In this document: one piece after another, positions 28,523-37,154 of the stretch
How the letters are laid out: every line of letters begins with the position of its first letter
Position numbering within the stretch: the stretch's first letter is position 1
Assembly: GCA_030674475.1 (NCBI GenBank)
Contig: JAUSCZ010000041.1
Coordinates: 3,481-67,480, forward strand
Length of the DNA: 64,000 nucleotides
Direction: 5' to 3'
DNA from: Candidatus Omnitrophota bacterium
GTDB lineage: Bacteria > Omnitrophota > Gorgyraeia > Gygaellales > UBA12090
Notes under the pieces: model-generated
The model's database searches: none
What the model saw: the letters and a program-made list of their open reading frames with translations, nothing else
What the model was told of the DNA's origin: nothing
Translations under genes and position numbers: made by a program

Positions 28523-29830
28523 TCAAGGCAATGTTACTACTTGTTCATATAAGCTCTCAATATCTTTTATCAGCCTTTTTTTGGCGAATCTTTCCCGGAC
28601 GAATTCGCGGCCGGAGGCGGCCATCTTCCTTCTTATCTCTTCATTCCTCAGTAAGAAGTTCAAGGCCCCGGCAAAACTATCCGCGTCGCCAGGCCTCACC
28701 ATTATTCCTCTTTCGCGCGCGCTAAACCCCGTTAGAGGCAGGACGCCAGAGGCGTCCGACGGTTGCCTTCGGCAACCTGCCTCTAACGGGGTAAACCCAA
28801 GCTCATCCTTAGGTCCTTCTAAGCTCTCACCAACTAAATCCTTTACCCCGCCGGCATCGGTAGCCGCGATAACCTTACCTGAAGCCATTGCTTCTATTAA
28901 AGATACCGGCGTGCCTTCGTTGATTGAAGTCAGACAGACAATATCCAAATCCGAGTAAACTTCGGATAAATCCTTTTGCCAGCCGTTAAACTCCACCACC
29001 GAACTTAAATTCAGCTTTTGGGCAAATTCTTCAAGCTCAGCCCTTAATTCTCCATCGCCTATAATCTTAAATCTTAAATCCAGCGCGGGATTATCCCGGA
29101 TAACCTTGGCCGCGCCTTCCAAAAACAAACGATGATTTTTAATAGGCACCAGTCTTCCCACTATGCCGATATTTAAACAACGGTTGGCTTCTTTTCCCGA
29201 TGAAGCGGGATCCCGCATTCCTTGTATCGGGAGTCGGGAAAACGGAAGCCCTAAGAATCTATCTAATTCTAAGCCCAGAGGAATAACCTTAATCTTATCT
29301 GAACCGCTGATTCGTAAAGAAACCAGCTCTTTCTTAACCGCTAAACTTACCGTGATTATCCTTGAGCTAAAACAAGCTAAGAAGCGCTCAATAAAGATAA
29401 ATAATCGCGTTTTAAATCTGCCGAAATAGCCCTCAAAGACATGGCCGTGAAAGGTATGAATAAGCTTTGTTCGCCTCGCGGCCAAGAGATTATAAAATAT
29501 CCCGGCCAGCCTGCCTAATGTTCCGGCCTTGGCGGTATGGGTATGGATAATATCCGGATTTTCCCTCCTTATCAGTTTATATATTTTTAAAAACGCGATT
29601 ACATCATTCAGCGGATTTAATTCCCGTCTAAGCTCAGGGATAATATAAGGGACAACATTCCTGGCCCGGGCGTAATAAAGCATATCTCCTTCATCTTGAG
29701 CGATAGTGCCGCAGACCAAAAGCGAGTCAAATTTATCCTTGTTAAGACCCTCAGTGAGTAAAATCGCGTGAATTGCCGGGCCTCCGATATTAAGCCGGGC
29801 AATGACCCTTACTACCTTTATTTTCTTCAC
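28523..29830 (-). CDS. GT4-family glycosyltransferase carrying an in-frame 69-bp repeat-element insertion
   Basis: 435 aa with the N-terminal GGPAIH and C-terminal EGTPVSLIEAMASGKVIAATDAGG ... VRPGDADSFAGAL GT4 motifs. An extra 23-aa segment PLEAGCRRQPSDASGVLPLTGFS is encoded by P1 copy 2. Confidence 0.8.
   Translation of the reverse strand: MKKIKVVRVIARLNIGGPAIHAILLTEGLNKDKFDSLLVCGTIAQDEGDMLYYARARNVVPYIIPELRRELNPLNDVIAFLKIYKLIRRENPDIIHTHTAKAGTLGRLAGIFYNLLAARRTKLIHTFHGHVFEGYFGRFKTRLFIFIERFLACFSSRIITVSLAVKKELVSLRISGSDKIKVIPLGLELDRFLGLPFSRLPIQGMRDPASSGKEANRCLNIGIVGRLVPIKNHRLFLEGAAKVIRDNPALDLRFKIIGDGELRAELEEFAQKLNLSSVVEFNGWQKDLSEVYSDLDIVCLTSINEGTPVSLIEAMASGKVIAATDAGGVKDLVGESLEGPKDELGFTPLEAGCRRQPSDASGVLPLTGFSARERGIMVRPGDADSFAGALNFLLRNEEIRRKMAASGREFVRERFAKKRLIKDIESLYEQVVTLP
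28727..28791. repeat. 65-bp structured palindromic element, family P1, copy 2, inserted in-frame inside the GT4 CDS
   Basis: ccccgttagaggcagg...cctgcctctaacgggg are perfect 16-bp arms. Inner hairpins ggacgccagaggcgtcc and ggttgccttcggcaacc are in inverted order relative to copy 1. Flanked by taaa/taaa. 65 + 4 = 69 bp = 23 codons. Confidence 0.85.
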
Positions 29831-29860
29831 TATTTTGGGTGAGGCGGGCAGGCGAGACTC

Positions 29861-30829
29861 CTAAAGGTTCTTATTGCTTATATAACCTACGATATCTTTT
29901 ATTATGCTTTCTAAGGAATGATGCGGTTTAAAGCCGATGAGCTTATTAAGTTTATTAGTATCCGGGATCCGTCTTTGCATATCCTCAAAGCCTTCCTCGT
30001 AAGCCTGTTCATAAGGAATGTGTTTTATCACCGAGCGGCTCTTGGTTATCTTGATTATCTTCTTAGCCAAATCATCAATAGTTATCTCATCCTGGTTTCC
30101 GATATTAAAGACCTCGCCCACTGCCTTAGGCTCCTCAACTAATTTTATCAAGGCCTTGACCACATCCTTGACGTGGATAAAACAACGGGATTGTTTTCCC
30201 GTCCCATACACCGTAACCGGCTCATTCTTCAAAGCCTGTCCTATAAAACGGGGAACTACCATTCCATAGTAACCGGTTTGACGGGGCCCCACGGTATTGA
30301 ACAAGCGCACAATTACCGAAGGCACGCCTTTTTCCTTCCAATATACATAGGCCAGCATCTCATCCACAGCCTTAGCCGTAGAATAGCTCCATCTGGTTTT
30401 AAGCGGTGAGCCTAATATCCGGTCATCGCCCTCTTTTAAAGGGCCGTTGGTATTTTTTCCGTAGATTTCCGAGGTTGAGGTTATCAAAACCTTTTTATGG
30501 TATCTATAGGCCATCTCTAACACCACTTCGCTTCCTTTGATGTTGGTGGTTAAAGATTCTAAGGGCTTTTTGACTATCAGCTCCACCCCCACTGCCGCGG
30601 CCAAATGAAAAATGACCTCGCATCTTTCAACTAATTTATCAACCAGGGTTTCATTCAGAACAGTCCCAATAACCAGCTCAAAATCAGGGTTTTTTTCTAA
30701 ATGGGCCACATTCTCCAACCTGCTGGTAGATAAGTTATCCAGAACCGCGACTTTATGGCCGGCCTTAAGCAATTCATCCGCCAGATGCGAACCGATAAAT
30801 CCCACTCCACCCGTGATTAGCGCTTTCAT
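29861..30829 (-). CDS. NAD-dependent sugar-nucleotide epimerase/dehydratase (extended SDR)
   Basis: N-terminal ITGGVGFIGSHL Rossmann motif and YSTAK catalytic Y-x3-K. 322 aa. Confidence 0.8.
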   Translation of the reverse strand: MKALITGGVGFIGSHLADELLKAGHKVAVLDNLSTSRLENVAHLEKNPDFELVIGTVLNETLVDKLVERCEVIFHLAAAVGVELIVKKPLESLTTNIKGSEVVLEMAYRYHKKVLITSTSEIYGKNTNGPLKEGDDRILGSPLKTRWSYSTAKAVDEMLAYVYWKEKGVPSVIVRLFNTVGPRQTGYYGMVVPRFIGQALKNEPVTVYGTGKQSRCFIHVKDVVKALIKLVEEPKAVGEVFNIGNQDEITIDDLAKKIIKITKSRSVIKHIPYEQAYEEGFEDMQRRIPDTNKLNKLIGFKPHHSLESIIKDIVGYISNKNL

Positions 30830-30898
30830 ATTTATTTATCTCCTTAAATGGTCTATGGTTTTTTTCTTTATCGACTATTAATTTTTATTTGTTAAATA

Positions 30899-31489
30899 CT
30901 ATGGCTTAAGAATTCCGCCTGAAATAATCAGCCTTATCCCATCCTCGATTGATATATCCAAGAATTTTATATCTTTCTTAGGCACTAAAACCAGGAAACC
31001 GCTCCAGGGTGAAGGAGTGGTAGCAATAAGAACATGAACCAATTCCTCTCCGGTTTTCTTCTGGGCCTCTTCAAAACTATCGTTAGTGATAAAGCCGACT
31101 GACCATAATCCTTTAGAAGGATATTCTACCAAAGCCACCTTCTTAAAAGAAGCTCTATCTTTGGAAAAAAGGAAACTGATTATTTGTTTAGTGGAAGGGT
31201 ATATCTGGCGGATTCCGGGTAGCTTAAGAAACCATTGCTCCAGCGCCGGCAGGGCTTTTTTTCCTAAAAAATGAGTGGCCAGAAATCCCGAAAATAATAC
31301 TATGGCTCCCCCTAAAATAAAACCTATACCCGGGATAAAAAATCCAAAATTTGCCTTGAGATAACTGTTAATAAGCCCGCCGAAAATACCATCCACAAAT
31401 CGGAAAACAACAAAAAGGATATAGAAACTGATGAATATGGGAAGAAGCAAAAGCAATCCGGTAATAAAATAACGCCTGATTTTTAACAT
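30899..31489 (-). CDS. DUF502-family membrane protein
   Basis: 196 aa with two N-terminal TM segments plus a C-terminal VEYPSKGLWSVGFIT...PSPWSGFLVLVP pattern matching DUF502. Confidence 0.55.
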   Translation of the reverse strand: MLKIRRYFITGLLLLLPIFISFYILFVVFRFVDGIFGGLINSYLKANFGFFIPGIGFILGGAIVLFSGFLATHFLGKKALPALEQWFLKLPGIRQIYPSTKQIISFLFSKDRASFKKVALVEYPSKGLWSVGFITNDSFEEAQKKTGEELVHVLIATTPSPWSGFLVLVPKKDIKFLDISIEDGIRLIISGGILKP

Positions 31490-31490
31490 T

Positions 31491-33044
31491 TTATTTTTTA
31501 TCCTCTAATCTTTCGCTCAAATACCCTCCGGTAAGCCCGTCAATTGAGGCGGTAAGTTCCTCAAGCCTTAACTCCTTTTCACTCCTTGCCTTCGGACTCA
31601 AGGAATCCTGACTTGCTAATTCTATCTGCAGGCGCCGGCGCTCAAAGTAAAGCCGGGTTACCTCATCCAGAATATCATCGCGCAATTGCACCATCAGCCG
31701 CGAACGCACATCAATAGAAGTTTGCTCCGTGCTAAAAACCAAATCCCCTAAATCCCAGCTTAGACTAATTCCCCAATCCAAAGGCCCGACAAAGCCGCGG
31801 CCCTGAGGAAAACTGGTTGAGGTAAAAACTGTCTTATCATAACTCAAATCCAATTCCGGCAGGAAAGCCTTTAAGCGCGCCTGTTTCCTCCAATCAGAAA
31901 TCTTTTCCGGATATACCTCAGCATATCTGATTGCCTTTTGTTGAATCTCTCTTATGCCCGGCTCCCCGGAAAACAAAACGATATTTGTATTATTTCTCAA
32001 TTCAGGCCCGGATTCAACGCGCTTTGCTTCTTTATTCTCATTTACAGATATTACATAGAGACCCTGATCGCAAGCAGAGTAAAGATTACCGCCGGAATCT
32101 AAGGCCAACTGACCGCAATTCTTAAAATCCGCGCCCTGATAAAGCTGTTTACAGGAATCATCTTCACAGTCAAATACGCCGTTCTGAACAGCTAAGAACA
32201 TCCTGCCGCGGACAATTAGGGCATAATTTATCTTTTCATCCAGTAAACCGCTGAATATCCGCTTTTGCCAACTTTTACCGGCGTCTTGGCTCAAAAGCAA
32301 ACCCTCCCGGCTGGACAAATATAATTTATCGCTGTTATCGGGGTCAAAGGCTAAATGTTTAAGAAAACTCTCCTCAGTATACGGCTCTTCCTCGCTTGAG
32401 TCTATATCATTAGCCGCGTCTTCCGGCTCCGGGTTAAATCCGGAATACAGCCTCTCATGAGAAGATAAACGGTTATCACTCTTAAATAATCCTTTGCCGG
32501 AGACCACAAAAAGGCCTTCCGGATTGTCCGGAGCGGGAACAATAAAACTAATATTAGCGTCAGTCAGCTTACCGGATATTTTCTGCCAGATGATTCTATT
32601 TATCGGACTAAAGAACATTCCGGACTTAGTTCCTATAAATATGCTTTTCGGCGGAGCGAATATAAGCTCTATTGACGTTACATCGCGTTCTAAGGCATCC
32701 TTGCCTAAGAATATCCTCTGCCAGTTCATACCGCTGTCCTGGCTCCGGAAAAGCCCATTTTTGGCGGCCGCGTAGATAACATCAGGGCTACTTCTATCAA
32801 TATAGATAAAATTAACTTCTTTGATTAAACCCGCGCCTGAAGATTCCCAGGATTTACCCCTGTCAAGGGTTTTATATAAACCTTCTTCTGTGGCCGCGTA
32901 GATTATCCCTGGATTATTGCTATCTAAGGCAATAGCCCGAATGTCTGAGGCAGCGGATTTTATTTCCAGGCGCCGCCAGCTGTTTTGGGCGCAGGCTATC
33001 TCAGTTAAAGCCATAAAGAGAAGAAAAAACGCCAGGCAATTCAC
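31491..33044 (-). CDS. BNR/Asp-box repeat protein (sialidase/Ycf48-like beta-propeller) with C-terminal extension
   Basis: Signal peptide and repeated SxDxGxSW Asp-box motifs (TLDRGKSW, SQDSGMNW, SQDAGKSW). Confidence 0.6.
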   Translation of the reverse strand: MNCLAFFLLFMALTEIACAQNSWRRLEIKSAASDIRAIALDSNNPGIIYAATEEGLYKTLDRGKSWESSGAGLIKEVNFIYIDRSSPDVIYAAAKNGLFRSQDSGMNWQRIFLGKDALERDVTSIELIFAPPKSIFIGTKSGMFFSPINRIIWQKISGKLTDANISFIVPAPDNPEGLFVVSGKGLFKSDNRLSSHERLYSGFNPEPEDAANDIDSSEEEPYTEESFLKHLAFDPDNSDKLYLSSREGLLLSQDAGKSWQKRIFSGLLDEKINYALIVRGRMFLAVQNGVFDCEDDSCKQLYQGADFKNCGQLALDSGGNLYSACDQGLYVISVNENKEAKRVESGPELRNNTNIVLFSGEPGIREIQQKAIRYAEVYPEKISDWRKQARLKAFLPELDLSYDKTVFTSTSFPQGRGFVGPLDWGISLSWDLGDLVFSTEQTSIDVRSRLMVQLRDDILDEVTRLYFERRRLQIELASQDSLSPKARSEKELRLEELTASIDGLTGGYLSERLEDKK

Positions 33045-33141
33045 CTTCTAAGTCTCTGGGGACAAAATAAAACCCCGCGCCTTTTCATATTCATGTTTTT
33101 CAAACTAAAATACATAGAATACATAAAAGGCACGGGGTTAA

Positions 33142-33208
33142 CCCCGTTAGAGGCAGGTTGCCGAAGGCAACCGTCGGATGCCTCTGGCGTCCTGCCTCCA
33201 ACTGGGTG
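33142..33208. repeat. Structured palindromic element, family P1, copy 3 (right arm degraded)
   Basis: ccccgttagaggcaggttgccgaaggcaaccgtcggatgcctctggcgtcctgcctccaactgggtg. One hairpin reads ggatgcc/ggcgtcc, a G-U-compatible pairing. Confidence 0.75.
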
Positions 33209-33229
33209 AACACGAATAATTTTTAAAGC

Positions 33230-33466
33230 CTATTCTTTAGCTATGGCTAAGGTAATTACCCCTGCTAAAACCAGGATTAATCCCAAAGAGCCTTGAGCTA
33301 AGTGAATCAAATGCCACCACCATCTAATTACCAGGTAGCCGCCAAGCGCTAAAAACGCGATACCTAATAAAACCTTTAAAGCGGTCTTAAAAGCCTTGCC
33401 TGAGTCGGCTTTTTCTGTTTCCTTGGTTTCCTTGGTTTCCTTTGTCTCTTTTACTTCTTCTGCCAT
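33230..33466 (-). CDS. Small membrane protein with KETKETKET N-terminal repeat
   Basis: 78 aa and two TM helices. The N-terminus is encoded by three tandem 9-mers (ggtttcctt at 33417-33447). Confidence 0.4.
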   Translation of the reverse strand: MAEEVKETKETKETKETEKADSGKAFKTALKVLLGIAFLALGGYLVIRWWWHLIHLAQGSLGLILVLAGVITLAIAKE

Positions 33467-33499
33467 TTTCCACCTCCTTTTAATTTGCTAATTAATTTA

Positions 33500-34414
33500 C
33501 TAATTTGACGGCCGGCTTTTCCACCGGCGGTGAATCCAGCCCCACTCTTGAGGATACTTCCTGATGTAAAATTCAATAATTGAGGTTATCTTCTGGATAT
33601 TATACCGCAATGTCTCATCGGACGCATCTTTTTTCTCAATCTCTACCTGTGGCTCGATAATCAGCTTATGGCGGCCGTCTGCCTGGCGGACTATGAAAAG
33701 CGGGACTATGGCGGCACCGGTACGCAGGGCAAAGACTACCGGCCCGGTGGCCGTGGCCGCCTGACGGCCAAAAAAATTCACAAAAACCCCGGCTGTGCCG
33801 AAGTTCTGGTCAAGTTGGATAAAAAGTATTTCGTTGCGGCGCAAGGCCTTGACTGAATCCTCCACACAAGCCTGCCTGGGAGCGCTATGGATAAAATTTA
33901 TTCCTACTTTGCGGCGCCGGCTTTCCAGGAATTCTTCCACCTTATCATCGCGCATCCGCCTTAAGATGACATTAACCCCGTAACCTTCCTGCTTAAGCCG
34001 GGTAAGGGCCAAAGGGAAATTTCCAAAATGAGCACTCACGGCAACCACTCCCTTACCTTTAGAAAAGGCCTCATCTAAATATTCCTGGCCTTCAATAATA
34101 ACCAGCTTTTTAGATAATTCCGGATTATCCATAGCATACAACATCTCCACCCCGCTTTTAGCCATATTCCTAAAGCAGTCTTGGGCAATCCTAGTAATTT
34201 CTTTCTGCCCCAAACTATCGGCAAAGGCTATACTTAGACTCTCGCGGGCAATGTTACGTTGTTTAACCGCGATATAATAACCCAGAATAGCGATAAAATC
34301 GGCAAAACCACAAAGCCAGCCGCGGGGTAAGAATTTAACTATCAAAGAACAGAAAAATAATGCTTGTCTGGCAAGCAAACGGCTAAAACGCTTGCCAACT
34401 TCTTTTGATGTCAT
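33500..34414 (-). CDS. Lipid A biosynthesis (Kdo)2-lipid IVA acyltransferase family protein (LpxL/HtrB-like)
   Basis: 304 aa with an N-terminal TM and the LABLAT family layout (FPLALTRLKQEGY...HF GNF region). Confidence 0.65.
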   Translation of the reverse strand: MTSKEVGKRFSRLLARQALFFCSLIVKFLPRGWLCGFADFIAILGYYIAVKQRNIARESLSIAFADSLGQKEITRIAQDCFRNMAKSGVEMLYAMDNPELSKKLVIIEGQEYLDEAFSKGKGVVAVSAHFGNFPLALTRLKQEGYGVNVILRRMRDDKVEEFLESRRRKVGINFIHSAPRQACVEDSVKALRRNEILFIQLDQNFGTAGVFVNFFGRQAATATGPVVFALRTGAAIVPLFIVRQADGRHKLIIEPQVEIEKKDASDETLRYNIQKITSIIEFYIRKYPQEWGWIHRRWKSRPSN

Positions 34415-34476
34415 CTAATCTCCTACTGATTATAGCAAAATTACTTTTCTCTGCAAGAAAAATCTTTAACCTAAGA

Positions 34477-34962
34477 TTAAAGTTTGTATCCTATTTTACG
34501 CAGCAGGTCCTTGCGCCAGCGAACATCCGCTTCTTTTTCTACCCCCTTAGGGCTGGCGCCATCAATAACCCCCATTATTCCCCGGCCTGAAGAAGTCTGG
34601 GCCACAACCACTTCCAGCGGATTAGCAGTCGCGCAATAAATAGCGCAGACCTCAGAAATCATTTTTAAGGCATTCAGGATATTTATCGGGTATCCCTGAC
34701 GCAAGGCCAGAATAAAACAATGGCCAGAGGCGATATCTAAGCAGGCATTTTTGGCTATCTCTTTAAGCTCTGTGTCGTTTCCCTCAATACGCACCAAGCA
34801 GGCGCCTGAAGACTCGGAAAAGGCCAGACCGAATTTAATCTGCGGACCTGTCTGGACTATTGCTTCATAAATATCCTCCACCGACTTAATAAAATGCGCC
34901 TGGCCGATAATCACATTTACATCATCAGGTTTTTTGATCGGAATAGTTTTAAATTCAAGCAT
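34477..34962 (-). CDS. Adenosine-specific kinase family protein (Pfam Adenosine_kin-like; family name from memory)
   Basis: MLEFKTIPIKKPDDVNVIIGQAHFIKSVEDIYEAI...IKFGLAFSESSG..LVR...YPINILNALK...IYCATANP matches my recollection of the ~160-aa family. ORF 34477..34992 with an internal start. Confidence 0.45.
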   Translation of the reverse strand: MLEFKTIPIKKPDDVNVIIGQAHFIKSVEDIYEAIVQTGPQIKFGLAFSESSGACLVRIEGNDTELKEIAKNACLDIASGHCFILALRQGYPINILNALKMISEVCAIYCATANPLEVVVAQTSSGRGIMGVIDGASPKGVEKEADVRWRKDLLRKIGYKL

Positions 34963-34984
34963 ATCCACCTCCCGCGATCTGAGC

Positions 34985-35512
34985 TTATTCAATAAATTTC
35001 ATTGGGTCCAGGGGCATGCCGTTCTTTCTTATCTCAAAGTGGAGGTGGGGAATAACTCCCCGATGATTGGCATTCCCGGTTTTACCCACCGCGCCTATCT
35101 TCTGCCCCTGGCGCACCAATTGGCCGGCGCGAACCTCTATCTTAGATAAATGGCCGTAGATAGTAACATATCCTCCCGAAGGATGCGAAATTTCAATAAA
35201 ATTACCCATCCCCCGGTGAAACTGCGCCCTGGTTACCTTGCCGGCGCGGACCGCGTAAACTGCCGCCCCGAACTTAGCCTGCAGGTCTATCCCGTTATGT
35301 TTCCGACTACCGCCGCGATTAGATAAAAAATCTCCGCTTCCATAAGAGTCGTGGCGGATGATTACGGTATCCTGCTTGTATTCAACAGGACAAAAAAAGA
35401 AAATTTTATCCAGATAATAAAGCTGATAACTTAAATAAAAAGGAAAAACCAACAAGAAAACAAATAATAAAGAAGTCTTTACCCTTTGACGCGATAGGTC
35501 ATACTTTATCAC
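34985..35512 (-). CDS. M23-family metallopeptidase
   Basis: HNGIDL (HxxxD) and the GHLS...IPHLHFEI (HxH) zinc-ligand motifs. N-terminal TM. Confidence 0.8.
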   Translation of the reverse strand: MIKYDLSRQRVKTSLLFVFLLVFPFYLSYQLYYLDKIFFFCPVEYKQDTVIIRHDSYGSGDFLSNRGGSRKHNGIDLQAKFGAAVYAVRAGKVTRAQFHRGMGNFIEISHPSGGYVTIYGHLSKIEVRAGQLVRQGQKIGAVGKTGNANHRGVIPHLHFEIRKNGMPLDPMKFIE

Positions 35513-35524
35513 TTTAGGCTAAAA

Positions 35525-35547
35525 TTGAGGTTGAGGTTGAGGTTGAG
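35525..35547. repeat. Tandem hexamer (ttgagg)x3.5 in the M23 peptidase-lnt intergenic region
   Basis: ttgaggttgaggttgaggttgag. Related gaggtt/aacctc hexamer palindrome at 52633..52700. Confidence 0.6.
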
Positions 35548-35565
35548 AATTACTCAGCCTAAACC

Positions 35566-37131
35566 TTAACCTTTTTTTATTTTGCTCATTATACCATAAA
35601 AACACATAAGCGCAAAACATCCCAAGACAAAAACATCACCGATACTTTGATAAAGACTTTTTGATTTTGGGCTCAGAATAATGTCCTGAGTTTTTATGCC
35701 GGAGACAAAAATGTCTTTACCATTTTGAATAAGCCTGGAGATAACCCTGCCGCGGGAATCAATAAAACAGGATATTCCGGTGTTGGCCGAGCGCGCTAAA
35801 GGAAGCCTGTTTTCTACAGCCCGAAATACCGAAGCCGATAAATGCTGATAGGGAGCGGTAGTCTCTTTGAACCAGGCGTCGTTAGTGATATTCACCAAAA
35901 AGTCCGCTCCTTCTCTGGCGAAATTACGCGAGAGCTCAGGCAGGGTATCTTCAAAACAGATAAGCGCTCCAAATTTAGCGGATAGCGGATAGCGGATAGC
36001 GGATAGCAAAAATAAAGTATAATTATTACCAGCAGTAAAGTCTCCGATCGGAACGATACTCTCCAGAAATTTGAATGCGCCTTTTAAGGGAATATATTCT
36101 CCGAAAGGCACTAAATGCAGTTTATCATAACGGCCGGATATCCCAAATTCATTTATCAGCAGGGCGCTGTTAAAATATTTCCTTTTTTCTTTGACTACTG
36201 AGCCAACCAGCAGGGGAATTTTTATCTCCTTGGCCAGGTTAAAGATATTTTCGTTTACCCGCGCGTCAGACTCATCACCCAAGAAGCCGGGATTGGACGC
36301 CTCCGGCCAAATTATTAAATCCGGCTTAGCCAAAGCCGCTTCTTTAGTCAAACGGATGTATCTATCTAAAATAAAGGCCTGTGAACCAGAAGCCCATTTT
36401 AACTCCTGGGGAATATTGCCCTGGATTAAAGAAATTTTAAACAGCTTTCGGCTTTCGGCTGGCCAGAAGGCCGTGGTTGGGCCTCCGATGGCCCAAGCCA
36501 CTTTCGGCTTTCGGCTTAATTGATAATAGCCATAAACTAAAATTATAGAAAAACTTAACACGAAGACTGAGCATTTTCTTATTTTGCTTGAGGCTGAAAG
36601 CTTGAGGCTGAAAGCTGAGTATATTACTATATTCGCCATTACCACCAAAAAAGAAACACCGTAGGCGCCGAAAAGATCGGCAATCTGAATAATCGGAAGA
36701 TTTAAATATTGGGAATAGCCTAAAAGCGCCCAGCCGAATCCGGTCAAAAGATGAGCCCGCAGATATTCCAGGACAACCCAGAGGGAAGGAAGAAACAAAT
36801 AGTTGATAGTTGATAGTTGATAGTTGATAGTTGAGAAACATAAACCAAAAAATCCAAAATATAAAGATAAATATAAAATCAGGAGGATTTGGCCAAGCAG
36901 GGTAACGTGGACTAACCAATAGATGGTCAATGTCCAGAAAATTAGTCCGGTTAGATAAGATAATAAAAAGGCTTGAAGTTTAGATTTCTTCTGGAAGGAG
37001 AAAAATAAAGGCAGGAAGGCAAACCAGGCAAAAAACCAAAGCCGGCCCTCGAAAAACGGCAGGCTTAATAATACTCCGGAAATGATACTAAGAATTAAGG
37101 AACCGCGTTTACTAAGAAGGCCATAAACCAT
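35566..37131 (-). CDS. lnt: Apolipoprotein N-acyltransferase
   Basis: 521 aa with an N-terminal polytopic domain and a C-terminal CN-hydrolase domain (ICFED, Cys). It contains several in-frame tandem heptamer repeats. Confidence 0.8.
   Translation of the reverse strand: MVYGLLSKRGSLILSIISGVLLSLPFFEGRLWFFAWFAFLPLFFSFQKKSKLQAFLLSYLTGLIFWTLTIYWLVHVTLLGQILLILYLSLYFGFFGLCFSTINYQLSTINYLFLPSLWVVLEYLRAHLLTGFGWALLGYSQYLNLPIIQIADLFGAYGVSFLVVMANIVIYSAFSLKLSASSKIRKCSVFVLSFSIILVYGYYQLSRKPKVAWAIGGPTTAFWPAESRKLFKISLIQGNIPQELKWASGSQAFILDRYIRLTKEAALAKPDLIIWPEASNPGFLGDESDARVNENIFNLAKEIKIPLLVGSVVKEKRKYFNSALLINEFGISGRYDKLHLVPFGEYIPLKGAFKFLESIVPIGDFTAGNNYTLFLLSAIRYPLSAKFGALICFEDTLPELSRNFAREGADFLVNITNDAWFKETTAPYQHLSASVFRAVENRLPLARSANTGISCFIDSRGRVISRLIQNGKDIFVSGIKTQDIILSPKSKSLYQSIGDVFVLGCFALMCFYGIMSKIKKG
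35979..36006. repeat. Tandem heptamer (cggatag)x4 inside lnt CDS (encodes LSAIRYPLSA)
   Basis: gcggatagcggatagcggatagcggatagc. In-frame within the lnt reading frame. Confidence 0.85.
36445..36514. repeat. Paired ctttcggctttcgg direct repeats flanking a 42-bp hairpin-containing segment inside lnt CDS
   Basis: ctttcggctttcgg ... ttgggcctccgatggcccaa ... ctttcggctttcgg. Encodes SRKPKVAWAIGGPTTAFWPAESRKL in-frame. Confidence 0.7.
36585..36618. repeat. Tandem 14-15-mer (cttgaggctgaaag)x2 inside lnt CDS
   Basis: gcttgaggctgaaagcttgaggctgaaagctgag. Encodes FSLKLSASS in-frame. Confidence 0.7.
36801..36835. repeat. Tandem heptamer (agttgat)x4.5 inside lnt CDS (encodes STINYQLSTINY)
   Basis: agttgatagttgatagttgatagttgatagttgag. 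Confidence 0.85.
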
Positions 37132-37150
37132 AAACTATAAACTATAAACT
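37123..37150. repeat. Tandem heptamer (ataaacy)x4 spanning the secA-lnt junction and the lnt ATG
   Basis: ataaaccataaactataaactataaact. The lnt ATG (37129-37131) lies within the second repeat unit. A related ctataaactatcaactataaac lies at 40071-40093, between prfB and secA. Confidence 0.75.
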
Positions 37151-37154
37151 TTTT

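Noticed and set aside
35979-36835. Tandem heptamer arrays considered as a CRISPR array
   Set aside because: The units are 7-15 bp with no spacers and no cas genes. They are simple tandem repeats inside a CDS.
36437-36919. 160-aa ORF overlapping lnt on the same strand
   Set aside because: Alternative frame of lnt, kept open by the tandem heptamer repeats. lnt itself has clear family motifs.
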